DNA of 48,804 nt from Lachnospiraceae bacterium (GTDB lineage Bacteria > Bacillota > Clostridia > TANB77 > CAG-508). This document shows positions 18,361 through 27,518 of this stretch, in pieces (positions within the stretch are counted from its first letter, which is position 1; each line of letters opens with the position of its first letter). The stretch lies in contig JAISHG010000121.1 in the NCBI GenBank assembly GCA_031262685.1, forward strand, positions 1 to 48,804. The letters run 5' to 3'. Below the pieces are notes generated by a model. It saw only the letters and a program-made list of their open reading frames with translations. It did no database searches and was not told where the DNA came from. The position numbers and the translations under genes are program-made.

Positions 18361-19053
18361 ATGAAGAAAATAGGATTTATTGGTGCGTTCGATAAAACAG
18401 ATTATATTATATATGTTGCAAGACTACTTACTCTTGCAGGAAAAAAAGTTATACTTATTGATTCAACTGTTAATCAAAAAGCAAAGTATATAATCCCTGC
18501 AGTAATGCCTATAAGATCATATGTTACAGAGTATCAAAAATTTGATGTATCTGTTGGGTTTTACGGCTTTGGGTCAATTGAAGAGTACTTATATATAGAT
18601 AACATAGAAAATTCATACGATGTAGCGCTAATAGATATAGATTCTCCAGAAGTGTTTGCTAATTTCGATATGGAATATGCAGATATAAATTACTTTGTAA
18701 CATCTTTCGATATGTTCTCACTTAGAAAAGGATTAGAAGCAATAAGTGGTCTTAAAGAAATCACTAAATTCAAAAAAGTTTTATTAGCTAGAGACACAAT
18801 AAAACAAGATAATGACTATTTAAATTTTCTTTCAGAAAATTTGAAAGTTATGTGGGACGATGAGATTATATGTTTCAAACCAAATCAAATGGATACCAAT
18901 ATAATGATAGAAAATCAGAGAAGTGCAATACTAAATTTTAAAAGTTTATCTCCAGATTATTTGGGAAATATATTACAAATTACAGAAGAAATTGGAGATA
19001 AAAACTCAAACGAACTAAAGAAAATTTTAAAATCAAATGAAAAAGGGGTATAG
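18361..19053 (+). CDS. ParA/MinD-superfamily TadZ/CpaE-like protein with deviant Walker A
   Basis: IGFIGAFDKTDY...AGKKVILIDST shows GxxxKT in place of GGxGKT. Walker-B-like YDVALIDID. ATG 18361 follows GGAGGAAATT. Confidence 0.5.
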   Translation: MKKIGFIGAFDKTDYIIYVARLLTLAGKKVILIDSTVNQKAKYIIPAVMPIRSYVTEYQKFDVSVGFYGFGSIEEYLYIDNIENSYDVALIDIDSPEVFANFDMEYADINYFVTSFDMFSLRKGLEAISGLKEITKFKKVLLARDTIKQDNDYLNFLSENLKVMWDDEIICFKPNQMDTNIMIENQRSAILNFKSLSPDYLGNILQITEEIGDKNSNELKKILKSNEKGV

Positions 19054-19056
19054 GCT

Positions 19057-19881
19057 ATGGCAATAGTAACATTTTGGAGTAATAATAAAAAGCAGACTTA
19101 TCAAACTGCTTCTATGGCAGCAATAGCAACGAGTCTAGTTGTAAACCATAATTTTAAAACATTACTATTATCAACAGAGCCTAAAGATACATCTTTGGTT
19201 GATGCTTTTATAGACACATCAAGAGACGATTTTATAAAAGGTATAATGGGAAATAAAATTGATATGGCTGCTGGATTAGATGGTCTGGTAAAGCTTTATA
19301 CAACAAACAAACTAAATCCAGAATCAATAACAGATTATGCTAGAATAATTTTAAAAGGAAATAGATTAGAAATACTTCCAGCACCTGAGGAAGAACCAGA
19401 GCAACCAGAAATAGCACTTGCTGCATACAAAGATGTTTTGCTTACAGCAGAAAAATTTTACAATATAGTTTTTGTTGATTTGTCTAAAGGGTTAGATAAC
19501 GATATGTCAAAACAGATTTTAGAAATGTCTGATTTAGTTGTGCTTACAATTACTCAGGGCATACGAGAAATAAATTCATTTATAGAGGCTAGGGAAAGTA
19601 ATCCAGTACTTATGTCAGATAAAATTATATTGTCAATAGGTAGATACGATAATTATTCAAAATATACAGTTAAGAATGTGGCAAGAGCTTTAGGAAATAA
19701 AATTTTGCCATACACAATACCATATAACACACTATTTTTTGAAGCATTCAATGAAGGCAAACTTTTGGATTTCTTTATAAAGTTTGCAAACTCAACATTA
19801 CCAAATAGCAACACTTCGTTCATGACAGATGTAAAAACAACAAAAGATGCGTTAATGCAAAAACTTGCCGATGTTCGGTAA
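19057..19881 (+). CDS. second ParA/MinD-like TadZ/CpaE-like protein, degenerate P-loop
   Basis: VTFWSNNKKQTYQTASMAAIATSL and the NIVFVDLSKG block. The gene ends ...gtt CGG taa, so the penultimate codon is CGG. Confidence 0.45.
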   Translation: MAIVTFWSNNKKQTYQTASMAAIATSLVVNHNFKTLLLSTEPKDTSLVDAFIDTSRDDFIKGIMGNKIDMAAGLDGLVKLYTTNKLNPESITDYARIILKGNRLEILPAPEEEPEQPEIALAAYKDVLLTAEKFYNIVFVDLSKGLDNDMSKQILEMSDLVVLTITQGIREINSFIEARESNPVLMSDKIILSIGRYDNYSKYTVKNVARALGNKILPYTIPYNTLFFEAFNEGKLLDFFIKFANSTLPNSNTSFMTDVKTTKDALMQKLADVR

Positions 19882-19925
19882 AAAACTTTAAATAAAAGAC
19901 ATTTTAGTAAGGGAGGACCTCATAA

Positions 19926-21830
19926 ATGATATTAAATATTATACTAATAATACTTGTGTTGGTTGCAGTATTTTTTGGAATAAGAGTTGTTATAAACAAG
20001 AATAAAAATGAAGTAGTAGAAGAACAATTCGAAAAAGATACTCAAACATATACTTTAGAAAGAATGACGGAATACGTAAAACGTAGAATAGATGAAATTA
20101 CAAAAGTCAATTTGTACGATATTGGACTTTCTGAAGAAGAACTTAAAAGAAGAAAGAAAAAGAAATACGAATTAAAAAAAGCTTTAAAAGGCTGTACATA
20201 TGGAGATGTCAACGACAAAAAATATATTAAAGAAATAATATATGATTTACTATTCCAAGAATATGGTGTAAATGAAACAAATATATCACATGCTATTCCA
20301 TTCGATACACCTTCTTTACTTATTGCCCAAGATAAATTCGACATACTTATATACATGTACAAAAAAGAATTTGGTTATGAAGCGTTAACACAATTAATTA
20401 AAAAATATAATTTGGCAGTTTTAAAATATATATCTGGAGAAACAAAGCCTACATATGTAATTACAGAAGAAGAAATTTCCAACATATATACGGAAGAAAA
20501 TTTACAATTAACATTAGAAGATAAGTTAAATGTTATTGTTCAAAGAATATACCAACATTATAAAGGTTACAGTAGTATAGATGAAGTTAGGGATATGAAC
20601 ATAGATGGTGTATCTGGTGGTGTATCTGGACTTCCAGAATCTTTCTTAAGTCAAGTTGCGCAAACAGATGGAGATTACCTTACTCAAATTGCAGAAAGAA
20701 AAGTACCTAGAGCATGCGATGCTATATGGATATTTTTCCAAGGAAAATCTATAAGACTTGCATTTTTATCATTTAAAACAGAAGCAGAATTAAAAAGGGT
20801 ATGCCAAAATATATACAAATATAATAATCCAGGACAATTATCTGATACAAATGGATTCAAAATAAATGAAATGAAGGACGGTTCGAGGGTTGTTGTTGTA
20901 AGACCAAGCTTCTCAGAAACATGGGCATTCTTTGTTAGAAAGTTCGACGTACAAAGAGCTACTTTAGAGCAATTAATAACAATACCAGGTAAAGAAGATA
21001 CAATAGAATTATTAAAGTATTTAGTTAAAGGTGCCAGAATTATTGCACTTACAGGAGAGCAAGGTTCAGGAAAAACAACAATGCTTATGGGAATGATAGA
21101 AAACATATACGAAACAATGAATATAAGGGTTCAAGAAACTGCATTCGAGTTGCACTTAAGAAAAATTTATCCTACAAGAAACATATTGTCATTTAGAGAA
21201 ACAGACACAATTTCTGGTCAAATGGGATTAGACGTTCAGAAGAAAACAGATGGTTCTGTTAATATAATCGGTGAGGTTGCTACAGACCCAGTTGCTGCAT
21301 GGATGATTCAAGCAGCTCAGGTTGCGAGTAAGTTTACATTGTTTACTCACCATGCTAAAACGTTTCCTAACTTAGTAATGGCACTTAGAAACTCTTTGTT
21401 AAAAACAGGTATGTTTAATAATGAAAAAACTGCAGAAGAGCAGGTTGTTGGAGTACTAAACTTTAATATACACTTAGTAAAAGATTTTAAAGGACGTAGG
21501 TACATAGAAAGAGTAACTGAATGTATTCCAGTAGAAGATAAAAATGATTATAGTTTTGAGTATAAAAAGGAAAACACATTAGAAGGAAAAATAGATAAAT
21601 TTATGGATAATGCAACTAAGTATTTTACAAAAGTAACAAACAAAGAATTATACAAATATGTAAATGTTTTAGAATATAGAGATGGTGAATACGTAATTAC
21701 AAATAAAATCTCAAATGCAAATTTATTAGAGATGCGTAATAATATGGACGAGATAGACACAGAAAATTTCCTTAAGTTTGTGGAAAGACATTGGGGAGCA
21801 AAAACAGCAAGTGAAATTAAAATAGATTAG
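19926..21830 (+). CDS. CpaF/TadA/VirB11-superfamily secretion ATPase with N-terminal TM anchor
   Basis: Walker A GEQGSGKTT, Walker-B-like GSVNIIGEV and His-box FTLFTHHAKT. Residues 1-22 are hydrophobic (MILNIILIILVLVAVFFGIRVV). Confidence 0.75.
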   Translation: MILNIILIILVLVAVFFGIRVVINKNKNEVVEEQFEKDTQTYTLERMTEYVKRRIDEITKVNLYDIGLSEEELKRRKKKKYELKKALKGCTYGDVNDKKYIKEIIYDLLFQEYGVNETNISHAIPFDTPSLLIAQDKFDILIYMYKKEFGYEALTQLIKKYNLAVLKYISGETKPTYVITEEEISNIYTEENLQLTLEDKLNVIVQRIYQHYKGYSSIDEVRDMNIDGVSGGVSGLPESFLSQVAQTDGDYLTQIAERKVPRACDAIWIFFQGKSIRLAFLSFKTEAELKRVCQNIYKYNNPGQLSDTNGFKINEMKDGSRVVVVRPSFSETWAFFVRKFDVQRATLEQLITIPGKEDTIELLKYLVKGARIIALTGEQGSGKTTMLMGMIENIYETMNIRVQETAFELHLRKIYPTRNILSFRETDTISGQMGLDVQKKTDGSVNIIGEVATDPVAAWMIQAAQVASKFTLFTHHAKTFPNLVMALRNSLLKTGMFNNEKTAEEQVVGVLNFNIHLVKDFKGRRYIERVTECIPVEDKNDYSFEYKKENTLEGKIDKFMDNATKYFTKVTNKELYKYVNVLEYRDGEYVITNKISNANLLEMRNNMDEIDTENFLKFVERHWGAKTASEIKID

Positions 21831-21881
21831 TAATTAATAGTAGATTATAAGTTATAGCAAAAGAAAGAGGTGTGCAATTAC

Positions 21882-23963
21882 ATGTCAATGGATATAATAA
21901 GAATAATAATGATAGTTAGTGTTGTACTATTTCTAGGAATAGTAATCGCATACTTTATTTTAAATAAACGAATGAAAAGACAATTAGGAGATATACAAAA
22001 TTTAAGAATTAAAGATCCGAAACAAAAGAAATCATCAGATATCAAGTATCAGAAATTGTATCTTCTTTACAAAAAATTACCTTTTATAAATAGGTATATG
22101 AATAAAATTAGAAGAAGATTAGAAATTATAAATCTTCAAGATGAGTATAAAACAAGAATACAAACAGCTAAGGTACTTACTCGAGGATTAATAATAGTTG
22201 CAATACTTACAATAATAATAGTTGCAATTACAAAAAGTAATACTTTCTTAATGTGGGTTTTATTAATTTTCGAAATAGTAATTGTTGAATCTTTTATCAG
22301 TGGTATGGTAGACAAAATGGATACCAAGCTCCTAAGACAACAGATAGATTTTTTTAGTGAAGTACGTCATGCGTATCACGAGTACAACATGGTAGAAGAG
22401 GCCATATATGCCGCAGCACAAGAAGATGACGAAACAGAAATAGCACATCAAGCTGAAAAAGTGTATGAAATACTTACATCAGATGATCCGGAAACAGAGT
22501 TAGAAAAATATTACGATATAGCTCCAAATAGTTATTTGAAGGAGTTTGCAGGAGTCTCATACTTAACAAAAGAGTTTGGAGATAGACAAGTAGATGGAGC
22601 ATCCTTATATCTGAAGAATTTAAACAATATAACTCAAGAAATGCAATTAGAAATATTAAAAAGAGATAAACTAGATTATGTTTTTCAAAGTTTATCAATA
22701 ATATCTGCACTACCAGTTTTACTTATAGAACCAATAAAAAATTGGGCTATATCTAGTTTTGCATTTACAAGTAGCTTCTATAATGGAAAAGCAGGATTAA
22801 TAGTTCAAGTACTATTACTAATCCTAACATTAGTTTGTTACATATTAATTAGAAAAGTTAAAGATAATGGTTCAATTAAAGATGCATATAAAGATGTAAA
22901 TAAAACATGGCAAGTAAAGGCATATAAACATTATTTAGTAAAAAAATTCGTAGATCTTTTTGTTCCTAAACGCGGTACTAAAAGTTATAGAAAAAATATA
23001 GATTTACTAAAGCAAGCCGCATCTAAGCAAAAAATAGAGAGTTTATACATAAATAGATTAGTTACTTTTATCGCAACATTAATTGTTAGTTTTGTTTTTT
23101 GTTTGCAAATGCATAATATTGCAATCTCATATGTGTACGAACAGCCAACAACAGACTACAACATTATAGGTGGTATGTCAGAGCAAGACAATGCTAAAGC
23201 TATGGCTCTTACAGCAGCAGATAATGTTTACATAGACAAATATAAAAATAATAGTAAAGTCACAGTTGATATGATTAAACAAGACTTGAAAGATGATAAG
23301 GATTATAAAGAAACTGCAGATAAAGACTTACAAACAGTAGCACAAAGAATATACGATAAGGTTTTAGTAGTAAACAAAGAGTATTTACAATGGTTCGAAA
23401 TATTATTATCATTTGCGTTTGCCGCAATATCATATTATGTACCAATATGGCTTTTAGTTTTCCAAAAAATAATGCGAAAACTAGAAATGGAAGACGAAGT
23501 CATGCAGTATCAAACAATAATAATGATGTTAATGAAAATCGAAAGAGTTAACGTAGAAATGATACTAGAATGGCTAGAAAGATATTCTAATATATTTAGA
23601 GAGCCAATATCAAAATGTGTAAACAACTATGAAGCTGGCGCTTGGGAAGCATTAGATGAACTTAAAAATGATATATCTTTCCCACAACTTATCAGAATTG
23701 TAGAAAGTCTTCAAGCTGCAGTAGAAAAAATACCAATTGCAGAGGCATTCGACGAATTAGATACAGAAAGAGCGTATTATCAAGAAAAACGTAAAGAATC
23801 AAACGAAAGATTGGTATCAAAAAAAGGTTTAATAGGTAAAGGAATAGGTTTTGCACCAATGGTATTGCTATTTATAGGTTACTTAATTGTACCACTAGTA
23901 TTTATAGGATTGACCTCAATGATGTCAGGATTTAATTCAATGTCTGCTATGGCAAAACAATAG
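21882..23963 (+). CDS. large polytopic membrane protein, candidate TadB/TadC (PilC-family) platform
   Basis: At least 7 hydrophobic helices in 693 aa, immediately downstream of the ATPase gene. The family call rests on position and topology only. Confidence 0.45.
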   Translation: MSMDIIRIIMIVSVVLFLGIVIAYFILNKRMKRQLGDIQNLRIKDPKQKKSSDIKYQKLYLLYKKLPFINRYMNKIRRRLEIINLQDEYKTRIQTAKVLTRGLIIVAILTIIIVAITKSNTFLMWVLLIFEIVIVESFISGMVDKMDTKLLRQQIDFFSEVRHAYHEYNMVEEAIYAAAQEDDETEIAHQAEKVYEILTSDDPETELEKYYDIAPNSYLKEFAGVSYLTKEFGDRQVDGASLYLKNLNNITQEMQLEILKRDKLDYVFQSLSIISALPVLLIEPIKNWAISSFAFTSSFYNGKAGLIVQVLLLILTLVCYILIRKVKDNGSIKDAYKDVNKTWQVKAYKHYLVKKFVDLFVPKRGTKSYRKNIDLLKQAASKQKIESLYINRLVTFIATLIVSFVFCLQMHNIAISYVYEQPTTDYNIIGGMSEQDNAKAMALTAADNVYIDKYKNNSKVTVDMIKQDLKDDKDYKETADKDLQTVAQRIYDKVLVVNKEYLQWFEILLSFAFAAISYYVPIWLLVFQKIMRKLEMEDEVMQYQTIIMMLMKIERVNVEMILEWLERYSNIFREPISKCVNNYEAGAWEALDELKNDISFPQLIRIVESLQAAVEKIPIAEAFDELDTERAYYQEKRKESNERLVSKKGLIGKGIGFAPMVLLFIGYLIVPLVFIGLTSMMSGFNSMSAMAKQ

Positions 23964-23994
23964 CTAAAAATGTACGAAAGGGATGAATGTTAAT

Positions 23995-24627
23995 ATGGAA
24001 AATGCATCAAAAGCCTTAATTATGGCAGGAACACTATTAATAGCCATTTTAACAATCGCTGCATTGGTATATGCAATAAACTATTGGGATATTATCCCGG
24101 AATCACAAGCAGAAGCCAAAAGAATGAGACAAATTACCGAATTTAATCAACAATACGAGTCATACAATAAGTCAGTGCTACTTGGAACCGACGTTCTATC
24201 TGTAGTAGGTAAGTCAATAAATAACAACGAATATCAATATACAGAAGATAATTATGCAATTGATATTCAGTTTAAACTAATAAAGCAAATTAAAAATACG
24301 ACAATTACATATAAATTAAATTCGGAAACAGAAACATATGAAGTTGGTAGAGAATACTCAGGTGCAAAAATGGAAGTTAATAAAACCTATAGCACTATTA
24401 CGGATAAAAAGTTTCTACAAGATGAATTATTAAAAGGTAGTAAAGAATCTGTAGCTGGTATAAGAACAGAAGTGCCACCAAATTCGTACAAAATTGAATA
24501 CTCAATGTATATAGATTTTAAACGTAAAGTTTTTACATGTGAAGAAATAAAGTATAACAAAGTTACCGGTAGAGTAGAACTAATGGTATTTAAGGAAATA
24601 AAAGCCACATTGTATGAAGAGTATTAA
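23995..24627 (+). CDS. pilin-like protein, MENA family (paralog 1)
   Basis: MENASKALIMAGTLLIAILTIAALVY N-terminus followed by a non-hydrophobic, variable region. The start was trimmed to match the paralogs. Confidence 0.55.
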   Translation: MENASKALIMAGTLLIAILTIAALVYAINYWDIIPESQAEAKRMRQITEFNQQYESYNKSVLLGTDVLSVVGKSINNNEYQYTEDNYAIDIQFKLIKQIKNTTITYKLNSETETYEVGREYSGAKMEVNKTYSTITDKKFLQDELLKGSKESVAGIRTEVPPNSYKIEYSMYIDFKRKVFTCEEIKYNKVTGRVELMVFKEIKATLYEEY

Positions 24628-24660
24628 ATTTATGTTACATTATAGGAAGGAATGAGTGGA

Positions 24661-25152
24661 ATGGAAAATGCATCAAATGCTTTAATAATAGCAGGAACTC
24701 TACTAATAGCTATAGCTATTATTGCTACTGGTGTAATAATAATAAATTCCGGCTCTGCTACGGCGCAAGATTTTGATGAAAAGCAAGCTTTAATTTTACA
24801 AAACAGATATTTAGCGCAATTTGAAAAGTATAATAGCGAAAAAATTGATGGTCAGTACAAGCCAGAAATTAATATACTAGACGTACGAACTTTAGTAAAT
24901 TTGGCTGAAGATTATATAGCAGATGGAGGAGAAGCAACTGTAACTCTTAATGGAGCTTACATTCTTAAGGGGGATAATAAAGAGTTTAATATAAGGAAAG
25001 AAGAAGACTATTGGAAAGGCGAAACAGAAAAGAATTATTACAATGTTGCAAAAAATGAAGAAATAAAAAAGTATAAGTGTGAGGTTAAAATTAATTTGTA
25101 TGAGAAAAGTGCAATATTAAGAAGTATAGATGTAAAACTCACAACATTGTGA
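24661..25152 (+). CDS. pilin-like protein, MENA family (paralog 2)
   Basis: MENASNALIIAGTLLIAIAIIATGV N-terminus. AGGAAGG RBS. Confidence 0.55.
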   Translation: MENASNALIIAGTLLIAIAIIATGVIIINSGSATAQDFDEKQALILQNRYLAQFEKYNSEKIDGQYKPEINILDVRTLVNLAEDYIADGGEATVTLNGAYILKGDNKEFNIRKEEDYWKGETEKNYYNVAKNEEIKKYKCEVKINLYEKSAILRSIDVKLTTL

Positions 25153-25198
25153 TTTACATAATTTGTAATAACTTGTTAGCCGGATTGTGCGAAATTTG

Positions 25199-25227
25199 TT
25201 GCAAAACGGTACAATATGTAGTATAAT
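25199..25227 (+). promoter_or_regulatory. internal sigma-A type promoter
   Basis: TTGCAA (25199-25204), 17-nt spacer, TATAAT (25222-25227). Confidence 0.55.
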
Positions 25228-25244
25228 TTAGATAGGAGTTTGTC

Positions 25245-25679
25245 ATGAAAAAACCATTGTTAGTTATTTTAATAGTATTTGCCTTGATTATGATAGTTTT
25301 ATTAGTATTACTACAAATAGCTAAGTCAAACGAAGCAGAAATAAAATCTCATAACATAGAATATGAAAATTTGCTTAATAAGGAAATATATGGAACAGAG
25401 GTTACTTCAGTAATCAATAAAGCCATAGATAACAACGAAAAAAACAATATTCAAAAAGATGCAGATGGACAATACATAAGCGATGATGCAAACTCAATTA
25501 AAATAGATTTGAAAATGATTTCTCAAGAAGGAACATATTCAATGGAAGATATAGAAAAACTAGGAATAGTAGAGTTTTCAAAATATTTTAATACAGTACT
25601 TTTCAAGTGTACAGGTATAGAGTATCATAAAGATACAAAGAAGATAAGTAAAATTGTTTTTGAACAATTAACAAATTAG
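25245..25679 (+). CDS. N-terminally anchored small protein, candidate minor pilin / TadE-F-like
   Basis: MKKPLLVILIVFALIMIVLLVLL signal-anchor followed by a 120-aa non-hydrophobic region. Confidence 0.4.
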   Translation: MKKPLLVILIVFALIMIVLLVLLQIAKSNEAEIKSHNIEYENLLNKEIYGTEVTSVINKAIDNNEKNNIQKDADGQYISDDANSIKIDLKMISQEGTYSMEDIEKLGIVEFSKYFNTVLFKCTGIEYHKDTKKISKIVFEQLTN

Positions 25680-25762
25680 TCATTATTATTTTAGATTGGT
25701 TATAAAAAAGCATAATCTAAAAAATATATAAAAATTTTAAATATTCAAAGGAGGAAATTATT

Positions 25763-26173
25763 ATGGAGAACGCAACAAAAGCTTTAATCATTGCAGGTGC
25801 AATAATAATTGCGATAGTATTAATATCTTTAGGAGTAATGGTACTAGGAATTGGACAAGATCAAGTAGGTCAAACAACAGACTTAATGACATCACAAGCA
25901 GTTGAAACATTTAATTCAACGTTAACCGGTTATATTGGTGATTCAATAAAAGGTTCATCAATAAGAGCTTTATTTTCAAAAGTAAATGCTATGAATGCTC
26001 AAGCTAGAGCTAATCAAACTGGAAGAGAGGTAGTATTCGACGAAGGAATTAAATCTTTAAATCAAATAAATAATAGCAAGACATATAAAGTAGAAGCCAC
26101 TTATGATAATGATGGATATATCTCTGCATTAACAGTTACTGAAAAAAAACCAACAACAACAACTGAGAGTTAG
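25763..26173 (+). CDS. pilin-like protein, MENA family (paralog 3); candidate major subunit
   Basis: MENATKALIIAGAIIIAIVLISLGV N-terminus. Shortest paralog (136 aa), with the strongest RBS (AAAGGAGGAAATTATT-ATG) and its own upstream intergenic region. C-terminus KKPTTTTES. Confidence 0.55.
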   Translation: MENATKALIIAGAIIIAIVLISLGVMVLGIGQDQVGQTTDLMTSQAVETFNSTLTGYIGDSIKGSSIRALFSKVNAMNAQARANQTGREVVFDEGIKSLNQINNSKTYKVEATYDNDGYISALTVTEKKPTTTTES

Positions 26174-26184
26174 GAATATGTATT

Positions 26185-26856
26185 ATGGAAAATGCGGTAG
26201 ATGCCTTAAAAATAAGTTTTGCAGTATTTGCGTTAGTCTTGGCTATAGCTATAATAATGCCACTAATTTCAATAACAAAAACTACATCAGATGCAGTAAT
26301 TGAAATGTCTAATAAAGAGACATATGCTGAATTTGTATTTGGAAATGAAGAGAGCAAACATAGAAATGTTGGCATTGAAACTATAATACCAACACTATAT
26401 CGTTACTATAACGAAAGATATGCTGTGGCAATAGTTGAAAAAAATGATAGTTTGCAAGATTTATTTGACTTGGAAACTGAAAGGTTGTTATACTCTAATA
26501 CAAATAAATCTAATGAAAATCAAAAGTTTTCATACAACGTAGATAGTCTATACAACTCAAAATTAATATATGCAAGTGGTATTTTATGGACAGCCAAAGA
26601 ATCAGATGCAAATCTACGAATAGACGCATATGTAAGCGGTCTAAATACCATAATTAATGGAAAAAACTTGTTAACAGATAAATTAGATTGGAGTTCAACT
26701 TATTTAGAAACTTTTTCAATTGACAACACAGATGTACTGTATACAGTACAAGATTACAATGATAGTGATGCAGGTGGAAATCTAAATAATGATGGTTCAG
26801 AAATATTGTTAGTACGAGGTTCAGAGAAAGTGCATATAGAATACAAGAAAAAATAG
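26185..26856 (+). CDS. pilin-like protein, MENA family (paralog 4, divergent)
   Basis: MENAVDALKISFAVFALVLAIAIIMPL N-terminus. Confidence 0.5.
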   Translation: MENAVDALKISFAVFALVLAIAIIMPLISITKTTSDAVIEMSNKETYAEFVFGNEESKHRNVGIETIIPTLYRYYNERYAVAIVEKNDSLQDLFDLETERLLYSNTNKSNENQKFSYNVDSLYNSKLIYASGILWTAKESDANLRIDAYVSGLNTIINGKNLLTDKLDWSSTYLETFSIDNTDVLYTVQDYNDSDAGGNLNNDGSEILLVRGSEKVHIEYKKK

Positions 26857-26868
26857 GAGGGGATTTGT

Positions 26869-27396
26869 ATGAGTGATTCACTAGTTATGATTATAGGAAT
26901 AATACTAGCAGCAATATTAATGTTCATATTTCCTATGATGACACTAGCAGAAAGGAATGATGATGTTACACAGCTCGCAGTTTATACTGCTACAGCAGAT
27001 TTTGTTGATTCTGTTAGCTCAAAGGGTGTAATTACGAATGACGAATATTCAGCCTTCATACAAACACTTTCTGCAACAGGAAATTTGTACGACATAGATA
27101 TACAAATATATAATTTGGATGAAAATGTTGGTAAAAAAGTTTCTTGGACTGAAGGTACTGTAATAGGAGAAAATGGTTATACTGTTGATCACACAACGCA
27201 AGTTATGAAGGATTTAGATTTAGACGGAGCACGACCATTAAAAGAAGGAGATAAAGTATCGGTAACAGTAAAGAATACTAATACTACTTTAGCACAAATG
27301 TTGAGGTCATTTCTTTATAAGTTAACAGGAACATCTCCATACGAAATATATGCAGAGCATACCAGAGTTGTAACATCAACAGGTAGAACATTATAA
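26869..27396 (+). CDS. N-terminally anchored protein, candidate minor pilin
   Basis: MSDSLVMIIGIILAAILMFIFPMM anchor. GGAGGGG RBS. Confidence 0.4.
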   Translation: MSDSLVMIIGIILAAILMFIFPMMTLAERNDDVTQLAVYTATADFVDSVSSKGVITNDEYSAFIQTLSATGNLYDIDIQIYNLDENVGKKVSWTEGTVIGENGYTVDHTTQVMKDLDLDGARPLKEGDKVSVTVKNTNTTLAQMLRSFLYKLTGTSPYEIYAEHTRVVTSTGRTL

Positions 27397-27518
27397 GAAT
27401 CTTAATTTCATAATGGCGAGCTATTAGCTCATCCGATATATGGAAAAACTTTTAAAATTGTGGCGACCCTTAACTAGAGGACGCCTTTTTTAAAATTTTA
27501 TAGGAGTTAGGTGAACAA

